This document shows, one piece after another, positions 49,131 through 64,000 of a DNA stretch of 64,000 nt. The position numbers and the translations under genes are program-made. The first letter of the stretch is position 1, and each line of letters starts with the position of its first letter. Source of the DNA: Octopus sinensis (lineage: Eukaryota); NCBI RefSeq assembly GCF_006345805.1, contig NC_043003.1, forward strand, positions 19,220,001 through 19,284,000, read 5' to 3'. The notes below the pieces were generated by a model. It saw nothing but the letters and a program-made list of their open reading frames with translations. It searched no databases and was not told where the DNA came from.

Positions 49131-50605
49131 CAGGCGACACCAAACATTTTCATAGCAGGCCAGATATAGCTAAAAGAATGCCAAGTGCGGGCCAGATAAA
49201 TATTTTGTTCAACTCAGTACAATATAGAATACACTGAATGCACACAAAAAATAAAGACAGTCATCCTATTTATTTATCAATACATAAAATACACAAAATC
49301 ATCATCATCATCATCGTTTAACGTCCGCTTTCCATGCTAGCATGTGTTTGACGATTTGACTGAGGTCTGGCGAACCAGATGGCTGCACCAGACTCCAATA
49401 TGATGTGGCAGAGTTTCTACAGCTGGATGACCTTCCTAACGCCAACCACTCCAAGAGTGTAGTGGGTGCTTTTACATGCCACCAGCACGAGGTCTAGTCA
49501 GGCAGTACTGGCAACGGCCAGGCTCAAATGGTGCTTTTTATGTACCACCTGCACAGGAGCCAGTCCAGCAGCACTGGCAACGACCTCACTCGAATGTTTT
49601 TTCACATGCCACCAGCACAAGTGCCATTAAAGCGACGCAGGTAACAATCATGCTTGATTAGTGTTTTTTTACGTGTCACCGGCATGGAGGCCAGCTAGTT
49701 GCTCTGGCAAAGATCACGGTTGTATAGTACTCTTAGCACTCCACTAGCACAGATACCAGTCATCGAATTTGTTTTCGATTTTACTTGCATCAACAGGTCT
49801 TCGCAAGCAGAGTTTAGTGTCCAATGAAGAAAAGGTACGCATAAGTGTGCTGGTTACAACCTTGGTATAGGCCACAAGGTTATGGTCTCAAAATAATAAA
49901 AACAATAAACATATTTTAATAATACCAGAATATTACCAAGTTAGAATTTTTAGAAAAAGTGCGCACATAGCTGAATTGCATAAAAAGTAAGCAGCACAAA
50001 AGTTAATGAGAATTGTGAAACTGGCATTTTGCTTTCAAAATATCATCAACATTTGCTTTATGATTGCTGCAGCCAACTATAAGAATTGCTTTCAAATGTT
50101 CATCAGTGAGCCTTGTTCGAGGTATTGACTTCACACACTTCACTTTTGAAAAAGTTTGCTCATGAACATAAGTTGTTCCAAACACTGATGCTATACCCGA
50201 GGCAAATTTTTTCAATTTTGAAAACTCATCAGCAGGCAAGCAGCAATAAAATTCAATGAATTTTCTTTCTCTGTGCTTCTCTTTCAACAAGGTAGCTTGC
50301 AAGTCAATAAGCTCCAGTTGTAGTTCAGTTGGCATGTTATCAAGATTGCAGCCAAAGGGATTCTCAAACAAAAGAATTTCATTCTCAATTCTGTGAAGCT
50401 CTGAAAATCTTTGAGAAAAATGCTTATTTAAGACCTGAATAATTTTTTCCTGAAACTCGAGGTTGGCATGTTCCACATTTTCTGTGCAAAACTCTTGAAA
50501 ACATTGAAAACGAGAGAAGTTTCCTCCTTCAAGTTGTGCTTCAAACTATGATAGCGCTCCCTGAAATGCTGTAATAATTCTGTAGAGATCACAGACAAGG
50601 TTATT
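49131..50605 (-). mobile_element. hAT (Charlie/SPIN/GTF2IRD2-type) transposon, 3' part
   Basis: ORF 50003-50476 FSQRFSEL...LFENPF...LQLELIDLQ...SVFGTTYVHEQTFS.VK.VKS..RTRLTDEHL (dimerisation domain); end caggcgacaccaaacatttt at 49131; interrupted by family D. Confidence 0.85.
49300..49870 (-). mobile_element. Family D / complete RTE 3'UTR nested in the hAT element
   Basis: (cat)n gtttaacgtccgctttcc...; distal part homologous to 45975-46080. Confidence 0.8.
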
Positions 50606-50709
50606 CTTTACTTGCACATATATATATATATATATATGTTATATATATACGTATATATATACATACATATATATATATATTATATATATATATATATATA
50701 CATATCATC

Positions 50710-51026
50710 TGTCCACAACAAAAATCTAAATCACATCTCATAACAACAATACGGCACAATTATTTCACCTCAATTGGACCCGCTCTCTTTAACATTACAC
50801 CAGGACACATCAAAACAGAAACTGACCACACAAAATTCAAGAAGTCTTTGGACAAATTCCTTCAAACAGTCCTGGACAAATCACCCACACCCGGATATGT
50901 CTCCGCAAACAATAACTCTCTGCTCGAATGGGCCTTGGTGCCCAGATCCTGAATTGAAAGACTTCGCCAGGTGGTGCTATTAAGTTAGACATGGCCTGGG
51001 CCAATACTGGCCAAAACCTTTCTAAG
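50710..51026 (+). mobile_element. CR1-type LINE 3' end
   Basis: [42 protein letters not shown]...[14 protein letters not shown]; same C-terminal pattern as the LINE ending at ~55630. Confidence 0.7.
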
Positions 51027-51128
51027 TTATATATACATATATATACAAACATATATATATATACATAAATATACAAACATATATATACACATATATATAC
51101 AAACATATATACATACATATATACAAAC

Positions 51129-51165
<37 letters not shown>

Positions 51166-51212
51166 CATACGTATATATACATACATACATATACATACAT
51201 ACATATACATAC

Positions 51213-51243
<31 letters not shown>

Positions 51244-52796
51244 CATATATATATACATATATATACATATATATACATATACATATATATACATATACAT
51301 ATATATACATATACATATACATACATATACATATACATACATATACATATACATATATATACATATACATATATATACATATACATATATATACATATAC
51401 ATACATATATATACATATATATACATATACATATACATACATATATATACATATATATACATACACATATATATACATATACATATATATACATACACAT
51501 ATATATACATACACATATATATACATACACATATATATACATACACATATATATACATACACATATATATACATACACATATATATACATACACATATAT
51601 ATACATACACATATATATACATATACATATATATACATACACATATATATACATATACATATATATACATATACATATATATATACATATACATACATAT
51701 ACATATATATACATATACATATATATACATATACATATATATACATATACATACATATACATATACATATATATACATATACATACATATACATATATAT
51801 ACATATATATACATATACATATATATACATATACATATATATACATATATATACATATACATACATATACATATACATACATATACATACACATACATAT
51901 ATATACATATACATATATATACATATACATATATATACATATACATATATATACATATACATATATATACATATACATACATATACATATATATACATAT
52001 ACATACATATACATATATATACATATACATACATATACATATATATACATATACATACATATACATATACATACATATACATATATATATACATATATAT
52101 ATATATACATATATATATACATATATACATATACATACATATACATATACATACATATACATACACATACATATATATACATATACATATATATACATAT
52201 ACATATATATACATATACATACATATACATATATATACATATACATACATATACATATATATACATATACATACATATACATATATATACATATACATAC
52301 ATATACATATACATACATATACATATATATATATACATATATATATATACATATATATATACATATATACATATACATATATATATATATACATATATAT
52401 ACATATATATATATACATATATATATTACATATATACATATATATATACATATATATACATATATATAATACAATATATACATATATATATACATATACA
52501 TACATATATATATATACATATATATATATACATATATATACATATATATATATACATTATATACATATTATATATACATATATATACATATATATATACA
52601 TATCATACATATATATATATACATAATATTATATACATTATATATATACATATACTATATATATATACATATATATATATACATATATATTATATATATA
52701 TACATATTATATATACATATATATATATATATATATACATATAATATACATATTATATATATATATATATACATATATATACATATATATATATAC

Positions 52797-52831
<35 letters not shown>

Positions 52832-53722
52832 CATATATATACATATATATATATAATATATATATATACATATATATATATACATATATATATATACATA
52901 TATATATATACATATATATATATACATATATATATATACATTACATATATACATATAATACATATACATATATACATATATATACATATACATATACATA
53001 TTATACATATACATATATACATATACATACATATACATATATATACATATATATATACATATACATACATATATATATATACATATACATACATACATAT
53101 ACATACATATACATACATACATATACATACATATACATACATACACATACATACATATACATACATATACATATACATACATATATATATATACATATAC
53201 ATACATATATATATACATATACATACATATATATATATATACATATACATACATATATATATATATACATATACATATATACATATATATATATATACAT
53301 ATACATACATATATATATATATACATATACATATATACATATATACATATATATACATATATATACATATACATATATACATATATATACATATACATAT
53401 ATATACATATATATACATATACATATATATACATATACATATATATACATATACACATATACATATATACATATATATACATATATATATATACATACAT
53501 ATATATACATATACATATATATACATACATATACATATATATACATATATATACATATATATATATACATACATATATATACATATACATATATATACAT
53601 ACATATACATATATATACATATATATACATATACATATATATATAAACATATATATACATATACATATATATATATACATATATATACATATACATACAT
53701 ATATATACATATACATATATAT
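51027..53722. repeat. ~2.7-kb (TATACA/TATATACA/TACA)n microsatellite
   Basis: Directly visible; plus strand almost devoid of G. Confidence 0.97.
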
Positions 53723-55712
53723 GTCTGCAACTCTCCCATGAAAAAGAAAGAGCAGACAAAGAAGCCTGGGCTATAGAAAACATAAAATCTAACCCCAGAG
53801 CTTTCTACAGGTATGCCAAAGAAACAGCTACAGTGCACTGTAGAATAGGGCCACTCCTCGAAAAGGATGGCACACTTACAGGAAAACCAATGAGGGTAAG
53901 TGAAATACTGAATGAGCAATTCAAGAGTGTTTTCACTCCACCCCTTGGGCATCTCCAAATCACCAATCCAACTGACTTTTTTACCACTGCAGATATAAAA
54001 TCAGAGGCGGCGACGATAGATTACATCGATATAAAGGAAGACGATGTAACCAAGGCTATAGATGAAATGAAAACAGACTCAGCTACTGGCCCCGATGGAT
54101 TCCCGGCAATCCTCCTAAAAGCATGTAAGAGAGTCCTAGCAAGACCACTGCAGTTCCTCTTTCAGAGCTTCCTTGCAGCTGGCAAACTTCCAGGAAAACT
54201 GAAGGAAGGTAAAATATGCCCCATTCATAAAGGAGGTAGCAGAGCGGAAGCCAAGAACTATAGACCTATCTCTCTGACCTCACACATCAGCAAGGTCATG
54301 GAACAAATAGTCAGAAGGAAGCTGATCACCTTCCTTGAAGAGAATGACTTGCTGCCCGACACCCAACATGGTTTCCGACCAGGGAGAAGCTGTTTAACTC
54401 AGCTCCTACAACACTATGACTGGGTGCTGAAACAACTGCTCACCACTCAAATGTGGAAGTGATATATCTCGACTTTGCAAAGGCTTTGATAAGTCGATCA
54501 TGGAATGATATGTCACAAACTGCGTGATCTCAACATAGTTGGAAAACTGGGAGAATGGCTTCATGACTTTCTGAAGGATAGAAGTCAGGTGGTAGTAGCC
54601 AATGGGGCCACCTCCATTAACACACAAATAGTGAGCGGCGTTCCGCAGGGCACTGTTCTGGGACCACTACTGTTCATAATGGCCCTCTCAGACATGCCCT
54701 CAGCCACGCAGAGAGCCACGATCACAAGTTATGCAGATGATACAAAAGTTTCACAGGCAATACAGAACCCTGAGGACACTAAACACCTGCAATGTGTGCT
54801 GGACGAAATATACAAGTGGGCTGAAAAGAATAGCATGCAGTTCAATGCTGGAAAGTTTCAAGCTTTATACTATCAGCATGCAAAACTGAATGCAATACCC
54901 AATGAATACACTGGACCCGGAGGGATTGCAATCCCAGAGGCACAATCAGTGCATGACCTGGGTATTCACATGAGTGATGACGCGACCTTTCATGTACATG
55001 TTGCTAAACTGACAATGAAATGTAGACGGCTGGCTGGATGGATTCTTAGAACCTTTAGAACAAGAGAACAAAAAACCATGATGGTCCTCTGGAAGACACT
55101 TGTCCTAAGCCACTTTGACTATTGCTCTCAGCTATGGTCACCATCCAGTGTCAAGTTGATCACAGAACTTGAGGCGATCCAACGAAGCTACACAAAGAAG
55201 ATAGCCTCTAAGCAGAATGTAAGCTACTGGGAAGACTCAAGAGATTAAAATTATATTCTCTGGAGCGTAGGCGGGAAAGATATGCCATAATATACATCTG
55301 GAAGATCCTGGAGGGAAGTGTCCCGAACTTTGGCATCGAGAGTTACGCAAATGCCAGAACTGGGCGCCACTGCGTGGTGCCTAGGACTCCAAACCTGCCA
55401 TCAAGATGTAGGACAAGATTCGTGATAGCCTGGGCTTCCGAGGCCCAGCTCTTCATATCCTCCCGAAGAACCTGAGAGACCTGCATGGGGTGGATACAGA
55501 TGTCTTTAAAATGAAGCTGGATCTCTTCCTGTCAGGTGTCCCAGATGAACCAACTTCACGGCAGGAGGGGCAGATGAGGGCAGCTGCATCGAACTCTCTC
55601 ATGCACCAAATAGCAGTTGCTAGAAAGCCTCCATGAAGTGAAACCAAGTAGCAACACCAAATGGCGGTGCCCCAGCATGGCCACAGCTCATAAGCTGAAA
55701 CTAGAATCAAAT
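53723..55712 (+). mobile_element. 5'-truncated CR1-clade LINE with RT domain
   Basis: NYRPISLTSHISKVME, QHGFRPGRSCLTQLL, YLDFAKA, SGVPQGTVLGPLLF, YADD at 54730-54741, DYCSQLWSP; several frameshifts; APE endonuclease absent. Confidence 0.93.
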
Positions 55713-55820
55713 ATATATATACATATATTATACATATATATAATATATACATATATATAACATATATACATATATATACATATATATATACATATACATA
55801 TACATATACATATATATATA

Positions 55821-55855
<35 letters not shown>

Positions 55856-57091
55856 TATACATATACATATACTATATATTACATATACATATACAATACA
55901 TATATATACATATACATATACATATACATATATATATACATATATATATACATATACATATATATATACATATATATACATATACATATATATACATATA
56001 CATATATAATATACATATATATACATATATATACATATACATATATATACATATACATATATATATACATATACATATACATCATATACATATACATATA
56101 ATACATATATACATATATACATATATACATATATATACATATATATACATATATATACATATTATACATATATATATATACATATATATACATATACATA
56201 TATATACATATATAACATATTATACATATATATATATATACATATATAATACATATATACATATATATACATATATATACATATATATATATATACATAT
56301 AATACATATATACATATATATACATATATACATATATATACATATATACATATATATACATATACATATATATACATATACACATATATACATATATATA
56401 TACATATATATACATATACATATATATACATTATACATATATATACATATACAATATATACATATATATATACATATATATACATATACACATATATATA
56501 CTATATACATATATATACATATATACATTATATACATATATAACATATACACATATATATACATATATACATATATATACATATATACATATATTACTAT
56601 TACATATATATACAATATATACACATATATATACATATATACAATACACATATATATACATATATACATACATATCCATATATACACACATACATATACA
56701 TACCCATATATACACATATATACATACATACCCATATATATATACACATACATATACACATATACACACATATATATACATATCTACACATATATACATA
56801 TATATATACACACCTATATATATATATACATATATACATATACATATACACATATATATACATATCATATATATACATATATATACATATATACATATAC
56901 ATATATACATATATATACATATATACATATACATATATATAATATATATAATATATACTATATATATATATATACATATACATTATATATATATACATAT
57001 ACATATATATATATATATACATAACATATTATATATATATACATATATATATTATATATATATATACCTATACATATATATACATATACAT

Positions 57092-57125
<34 letters not shown>

Positions 57126-57476
57126 ACATATATATACATATACATATATATACAATATATATACATATATATATATACATATATATATACATATATATAT
57201 ATACATATATATATATCATATATATATACATATATATACATATATATTATACATATATATATACATATATATATACATATATATACATACATATATATAC
57301 ATATATATACATATATACACATATATCATTATATATATTACATTATAATATATACATATATATAGACAATATATATACATATAATATATTATACATATTA
57401 TATAACATATATATATACATATATATATATATACATATACATAATATAATATACATATACATATACATATACATAT

Positions 57477-57526
<50 letters not shown>

Positions 57527-57562
57527 CATATATATATATAACATAACATATATATCATATTA

Positions 57563-57616
<54 letters not shown>

Positions 57617-57636
57617 CATTATATATATATAATACA

Positions 57637-57688
<52 letters not shown>

Positions 57689-58019
57689 CAGATATATTAT
57701 ATATATAATTATATTACATATATATATAATACATATCTATATATATACATATATATATATATACATATATATATATACAATATATAATATATATATACAT
57801 ATATATATATATACATATATATAGATACATATATATAACAATACATATATATATACATATATATATATATACATATAATATATATACATATATATATATA
57901 TACTATATATAATATATACATATATATATTATACATATATATATATACATATATATATATAACATATATATATATATACATATATATATACATACATATA
58001 TATATACATATATATACAC

Positions 58020-58082
<63 letters not shown>

Positions 58083-58109
58083 CATATATTATATACATTA
58101 TATATATAC

Positions 58110-58140
<31 letters not shown>

Positions 58141-58158
58141 CACATATATATTATATAC

Positions 58159-58205
<47 letters not shown>

Positions 58206-59409
58206 ATATAATAATATACATATATATATATATACATATATATATATAATACAGTATATATATATTATATATATATATATATATAATATATATATATACA
58301 TATATATAATATACATATCATCATCATCATCATCATCATTAACGTCCGCTTCCATGCTAGCATGGGTTGGACATATACATATATATACATATATATATAC
58401 ATATAAATATATATATACATATTATACATATATACATATATATACATATATATACATATATATACATATATACATATATATACATATATATACATATATA
58501 CATATATATACATATATATACATATATACATATATAAACATATATTATATACATATTATAACATACATATATACAATATATATATACATATATATATATA
58601 CATATATGTACAATTCATATATATACATATATATACTAATATATATATACATAATATACATATATATATATATACATATATAACATATATATACATATAT
58701 ACTATATATATATATACATATATATACATATATATATATATACATATATATACATATATATATATACATATATATACATATATATAATATACATATATAT
58801 ACATATATACATATATACATTATATACATATATATACATATATATACATATATACTATATACATATATATACATATATACATATATATACATAATACATA
58901 TATATACATATATACATATATATACATATATATACATATATATATAATACATATATATATATACATATATATACATATATATATATATACATATATATAC
59001 ATATATATACATTACATATATATACATATATATACATATATATATACATATATATATATATACATATATATATATACTATAATATATATATACATATATA
59101 TATATATACATATATATCATATATATATATATACATATATATACTATATATACATATATACATATATACACATATATACATATATATACATATATATACA
59201 TATATATACATATATATACATAATATACATATATAACATATATATACATATATATATACATATATATATACATACAAACACATGTATACATAAATTAACA
59301 CGTATACATATAAATACACACATGTATACATATATACATATGAATTATATACAGATACACACACATGTATACATATACATGTAATAATATACATACATAT
59401 GTGCAGATG

Positions 59410-59468
<59 letters not shown>

Positions 59469-59545
59469 ATTACATTTATGTATATATACATTTATATACA
59501 TATATATACATATATGTGAGATATATATGTGAGATATATGTGACA
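55713..59545. repeat. ~3.8-kb (TATACA)n/(TA)n microsatellite
   Basis: Directly visible; contains a ~55-bp family D tail at 58318-58372. Confidence 0.97.
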
Positions 59546-59624
59546 TAATAATTTCACTTTTGACACGTAATACTGAAATAGTGTAAGAGATAAGAGATTA
59601 CTCCCAGCTCACATTTGACAAAAA

Positions 59625-59860
59625 GTTAAAAATTTTTTTGGTACATGACACTGCAAGATATGTGTAAAACTTGATTTAAATAGGTTGGGTAGTTCTCAAG
59701 TTTTAGGGATTCACAGAGACAGTCACACACATTCTCAGTTTTATATATTAAGATATAAAAATGACTGTGTGTGTGTATGTGTTTAAGTGCATTATATATA
59801 CCTCCCAAAATATAAAAAAGGACATCCATATCATGAAAAGCAGCAAGCATGACTTAGTTT
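59625..59860 (-). mobile_element. Possible non-autonomous Helitron-like repeat
   Basis: Minus begins atatataaaactgagaatgtgtgtgactgtctctg; similar starts at ~36888 and ~48535; no clear CTAG 3' end seen. Confidence 0.3.
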
Positions 59861-60450
59861 CCAAATTTATATACATATATCTAAATACCCTACAATAAAA
59901 ATAAAGCAAGCATGGCTGAATTTCTGAAGTTTAGAATGAAAGTGCTGATATTCGTAAGAATAATACACAGTGTGTCTGTGTTTATTTTTGTCCATACAAT
60001 GAAAACCATATCCTGTTCTCCCAAAGTGTTTACTCATAGGTCAATAATATAATGAGGTGTTAGTATGTTTATTTTCTCCTCTCCCAATTTTGTTTTCACT
60101 AATATACAATCATATTTATATCTTATCTCTATAAAACCCTTATAGCTGTTTAACCCTGGTTAATTCTGACTAGATTTATGATGAAGGACATTCCAGGTAT
60201 GACCATATAGTCATTTTCCTTTAGGTGCAGTGTATTTTGGACCACATTATCTAATATGTGGTTTTAGTTGCACCTACTTTTTGAAGTTGACAATGTATGG
60301 CATGAGGGAGATTTGACTGCTGTTTGAAGCAGCTTGAACAACTATGTAAAGAATTCCTCTTGTTAAAATGCTAGGTTTGAAATGCTGGATTCCATTTTCT
60401 ATAGGAACTAGAGAGCATTTATACTGATGAAGGTACAGGCTGCAGATAGA

Positions 60451-60729
60451 GGTTGGCTGTGGAGTCGAAACAAGAAACTGACTCAGATTCCTCTATCATT
60501 GGCACCTCCGACTCCTCATTATGTAATTAAGTGATTGTCATCTGCATATCTCATAAAGCATATGCATACGCTTGTACTTTGCATAGGCCTATATGTCATA
60601 ACTGGTTTATATTAAAGAATAAAGATATTGTGAGTCGGAGTCAGAGTTGATATAGTTTTACTGACTCCAATTGCAGCTACCCCTTAATAGTTTCCGACTC
60701 TAACTCCTTGACTCCGAATCCACAGCCCT
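60451..60729. mobile_element. MITE with subterminal GGAGTC/GACTCC repeats (hAT-like)
   Basis: ggctgtggagtcg ... gactccgaatccacagccctg termini; internal gagtcggagtc and ctccgactcc. Confidence 0.6.
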
Positions 60730-61157
60730 GGTGCTCAAGGAGTTCCATTTGCAACCATCTGATTCTGGGTTTGATTCCACAGAGCAATCAGGGAAACCCA
60801 TACCTTGTTAGTGGAATTCAGCAGACAGAAATTGTGCAGAAGTCCATTATATATCTTTTATCTTATACTAGTTTCAATCAAATGATTCAAACCCAGTACA
60901 TATTCTATCAGTCTGTTTTGCTGAACTGCTTAAGTTATGGGGGAGAGGGGCGTAAACACGCCAACACTGGTTGTCAAATGGTGGATACACACACACACAC
61001 ACATATATAGATATAAGTATAACAAAAGGAAATATATATATATATCAGTGGTGTAGACAATCTTTAATTCAAATCCAAGTTGGTACAAATCCAACATACA
61101 TTCTAAAAAATTGTTTCAGAGTCTAATTCCAGAGACAAAAATGAAAAACTCTTCTTG

Positions 61158-61194
<37 letters not shown>

Positions 61195-61195
<1 letters not shown>

Positions 61196-61325
61196 GACAG
61201 GCTTCTCTCAGGTTCTGTCCACCAAATCCACTCACAAGGCTTTGGTTGGCCCAAGATGTCATGCAGAGTGACTGAACCCAAAACTTTGTAGTTGGGAAGC
61301 AAGCTTCTTACCACACAGCCACGCC
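61195..61325 (-). mobile_element. SINE family B, 5' part
   Basis: cgacaggcttctctcagg...cttaccacacagccacgcc. Confidence 0.7.
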
Positions 61326-61714
61326 TTTATATAAAGTTGTAATAATGCAGTCAGACCAAATAGTGATATTTTGAAATCATTTAATATGTATGTTTCAGCT
61401 CTACATAATAGGAAATGCATCTAATTTGCAAGATCTTCGTCAGTTGAAACATTTCAAAATATGAACCAGTAGATGGAAATTTTTCAAGATATATGGTCAG
61501 AGCAGAATCCTTCAGTGTAAGTATGTTTATTACAGATACACCAAGATATATTCATCCAAGGAGAGTCTAGTTATTTCATATTGCACTAAGATGTAGAGCA
61601 CGGTACCAGAATTTTCAACACGAGTCAAATTCAAGAACTGCCATTGAGTTATAAAGCTGTAATAATGAAGTCAAATGTGTGCAAGTGTGTGTGCATGTGT
61701 GAGGGGTGTACATA

Positions 61715-61990
61715 CATACATTCTTTTATTCTTACTTGTTTCAGTGATTTGAATGCAGCCATGCTAGATCATCACCGTAAAAGGGTTTTAGTCAAAGAAA
61801 TTGATCCTAAGACTTATTCTTTGTAAGCCTAGTACTTATTCTATTGGTCTCTTTTGCCAAACCGCTTAGTTACAGGGACATAAACTCACCAGCATCAGTT
61901 GTCAAGCAATGGCGGAGGGGGGAAAACAAACAGACACATACACACATGACGGGCTTCTTTCAGTTTCCGTTTACCAAATCCACTCGCAAT
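61715..61990 (-). mobile_element. SINE family B
   Basis: ttacttgtttcagtgatttgaatgcagccatgc...ttaccaaatccactcgcaa. Confidence 0.75.
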
Positions 61991-63824
61991 GAATCTTTTT
62001 CCCAAAATTTGCACATACATCCAACATGATCCCAAAACACTAAGATGTGGACTCATTATCTATACCTGTTCACTATCCATTCCTCTACAACTTTAATGTA
62101 ATCACCAGGAAGTATGACAAAAGACATGTATCATGCACAGCAAAAGACACCCCACTCCACAGTTTATTTCTGCTGTGTATAGGCAACCACTAAACCTACT
62201 GAAAATACTGCCATAGTCCATAGCTGGCAAAGATCTCATACAGTGTGGACAGCTAGCTACAATATGAACTGCAATCACAACTCTTAATCAAGAAATTCTT
62301 CAGAAAGCCAACTGTAGCATTTAACAACTGGAACAGTATGTCCACCAAAATGAATTATTCTTGGTTCCAAATAATAATAAAACTGTCTTATACAAAGATC
62401 AAACACTTGGTAATACCTGATATGGAAGAATACTTTCAGCAGAATTAGCAAAACTTTTTTGAATGAACCAAACTTTAGAAAAGCACCAAATTCCAATTTA
62501 TACTTTGGTAAGAAGGGGCTGGATACCTTTCCTAATGAAATTTATAATAATATTTTGATTTTGTACCAAGGGAAATGTTTTCATTCCACATATTTTCCAT
62601 CATACCATGCAATGTGCTATTTCAGTTTTAGTTCTTCCTATTTCTAGTGACACTAACTTTTTCTTTGATCATCAACAAGTCTCATGAGTGAGACCTCAAG
62701 GTTGCTGACACAGAACCAACAAAAATATGTTTCTCTCATGGTTAGCTCTATCCTGCATGCTCACATGATAAGGGAAGGCAGGTATCTTTTCACCAAAGAA
62801 CAAACCACAGAAAGAGAAATGCTGTCTTCAAGAGAACTCTTGAATAAAATACACCACTATTACAAATGCCTTTGCTTTATATATTGCATATCAATTTAGT
62901 ATTATACATATATATGACATAAAGACATCATTTATTAAGGACTCAAAACTAAAATTATCAATAAACACAGCTGCAAAAGCACATCATAGAAACCTAGAAG
63001 ATTCATACCTACTTTACAATAAAAAATATATATCAATAGAGTTATGTACGAAAAAGAATTGCATTAAAACACAAGTCAGTTTAACTAAAAAATATTTCTA
63101 CATATTTGATGCTTGGACAACGCCGGGTGCTTTCATGATGTGTGTGTGTGTGTGATGGGTGTATATATGTATACGCATATTACATGTTATATGTAATACA
63201 TGCACTCCATTTCTACATAACGGTCGACAAGTAGTTATATTCATTACTTATATAATAAATATTCACTTAGGCAGTAGCAGCCACTAGTTGTTGTGCCTCT
63301 CCAGGTTATCCTTATAATGTAAAGACATTCAAATCGTGACCATCGCGTCTTATTTTCGCATTTAGTGTAATTAGTTATCTCGAATCAGATTACTGTATTT
63401 TCAAGTTTTAGGACTGCAAGTTGTGTTCTTCGCTAAATTTGGCTACTATTTCTAGCAGTTCAAGGAAGCATTTACGTGGGTGATAATTGATCTGCTAGGA
63501 ATAGTGGCCAACTCTTCAACACTTTGGTTTCAAGACAATATAGTCCTCGCCCGTGACTAAGAAAAAATGACGTAAGGGCAACTGAAATGTCTGATCAATA
63601 AGGGAGTTAAATAACAATAAATTTTGGGGTACACTTAAAAATCAAGTCAGTACTGAGACAGGGCATACCGACACAAGTGCCACCCCGAATTTGTTTCCTC
63701 ATATTTTTTAAGGAATAATGGATATTTGTTAATGAAATGTTCTACAAATATCTCTCAGATGGTGTAGATAACGATTATATCGTAATTTAGCGTGTCGGTG
63801 GGTGGGGAGAATTGGTGAAAAGTA

Positions 63825-64000
63825 TTTACTCTTTACTCTTTTACTTGTTTCAGTCATTTGACTGCGGCCATGCTGGAGCACCGCCTTTAGTCGAGCAACT
63901 CGACCCGGGACTTATTCAAATGTAAGCCCAGTACTTATTCTATCAGTCTCTTTTGCCGAACCGCTAAGTGACGGGGACGTAAACACACCAGCATCGGTTG
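63825..64000 (-). mobile_element. SINE family B, 3' part, runs off the window end
   Basis: tttactcttttacttgtttcagtcatttgactgcggccatgctggagcaccgcc. Confidence 0.85.

Noticed and set aside
1522-58372. Orientation bias of family D copies (about 10 minus vs 3 plus)
   Set aside because: Too few copies to distinguish from chance
50837-59546. Dozens of long MYIYVY ORFs (up to 568 aa)
   Set aside because: The minus strand of (TATACA)n rarely produces stop codons; no coding complexity

Overview
AT-rich, repeat-dense eukaryotic DNA. The SINE, LINE and microsatellite families look like those of octopus (coleoid cephalopod); this is inferred from pattern, not from a database search. The only host gene I can support is on the minus strand: two spliced exons (18729-18549, 15106-15018) encoding the third RRM of an A1CF/RBM47/RBM46-family RNA-binding protein. 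Its RRM1-2 exons were not found in the window. The rest is transposon-derived: three tRNA-type SINE families, many 3' ends of an RTE LINE (several expanded into tandem arrays), CR1-type LINE pieces, decayed mariner, DD41D and hAT transposases, MITEs, and multi-kb (TATACA)n tracts. The most notable signal is a Penelope-like (PLE) system: a decayed GIY-YIG endonuclease fragment plus several minimal type I hammerhead-ribozyme motifs. Two apparently unrelated elements carry a non-canonical UUGAAAA core (compensatory U3:A8), and one of them sits in both arms of a near-perfect 445-bp palindrome. There is no CRISPR array, rRNA or true tRNA gene. Almost all ORFs in the supplied track are repeat artefacts. 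Repeat-copy boundaries are approximate unless TSDs or TIRs are quoted.
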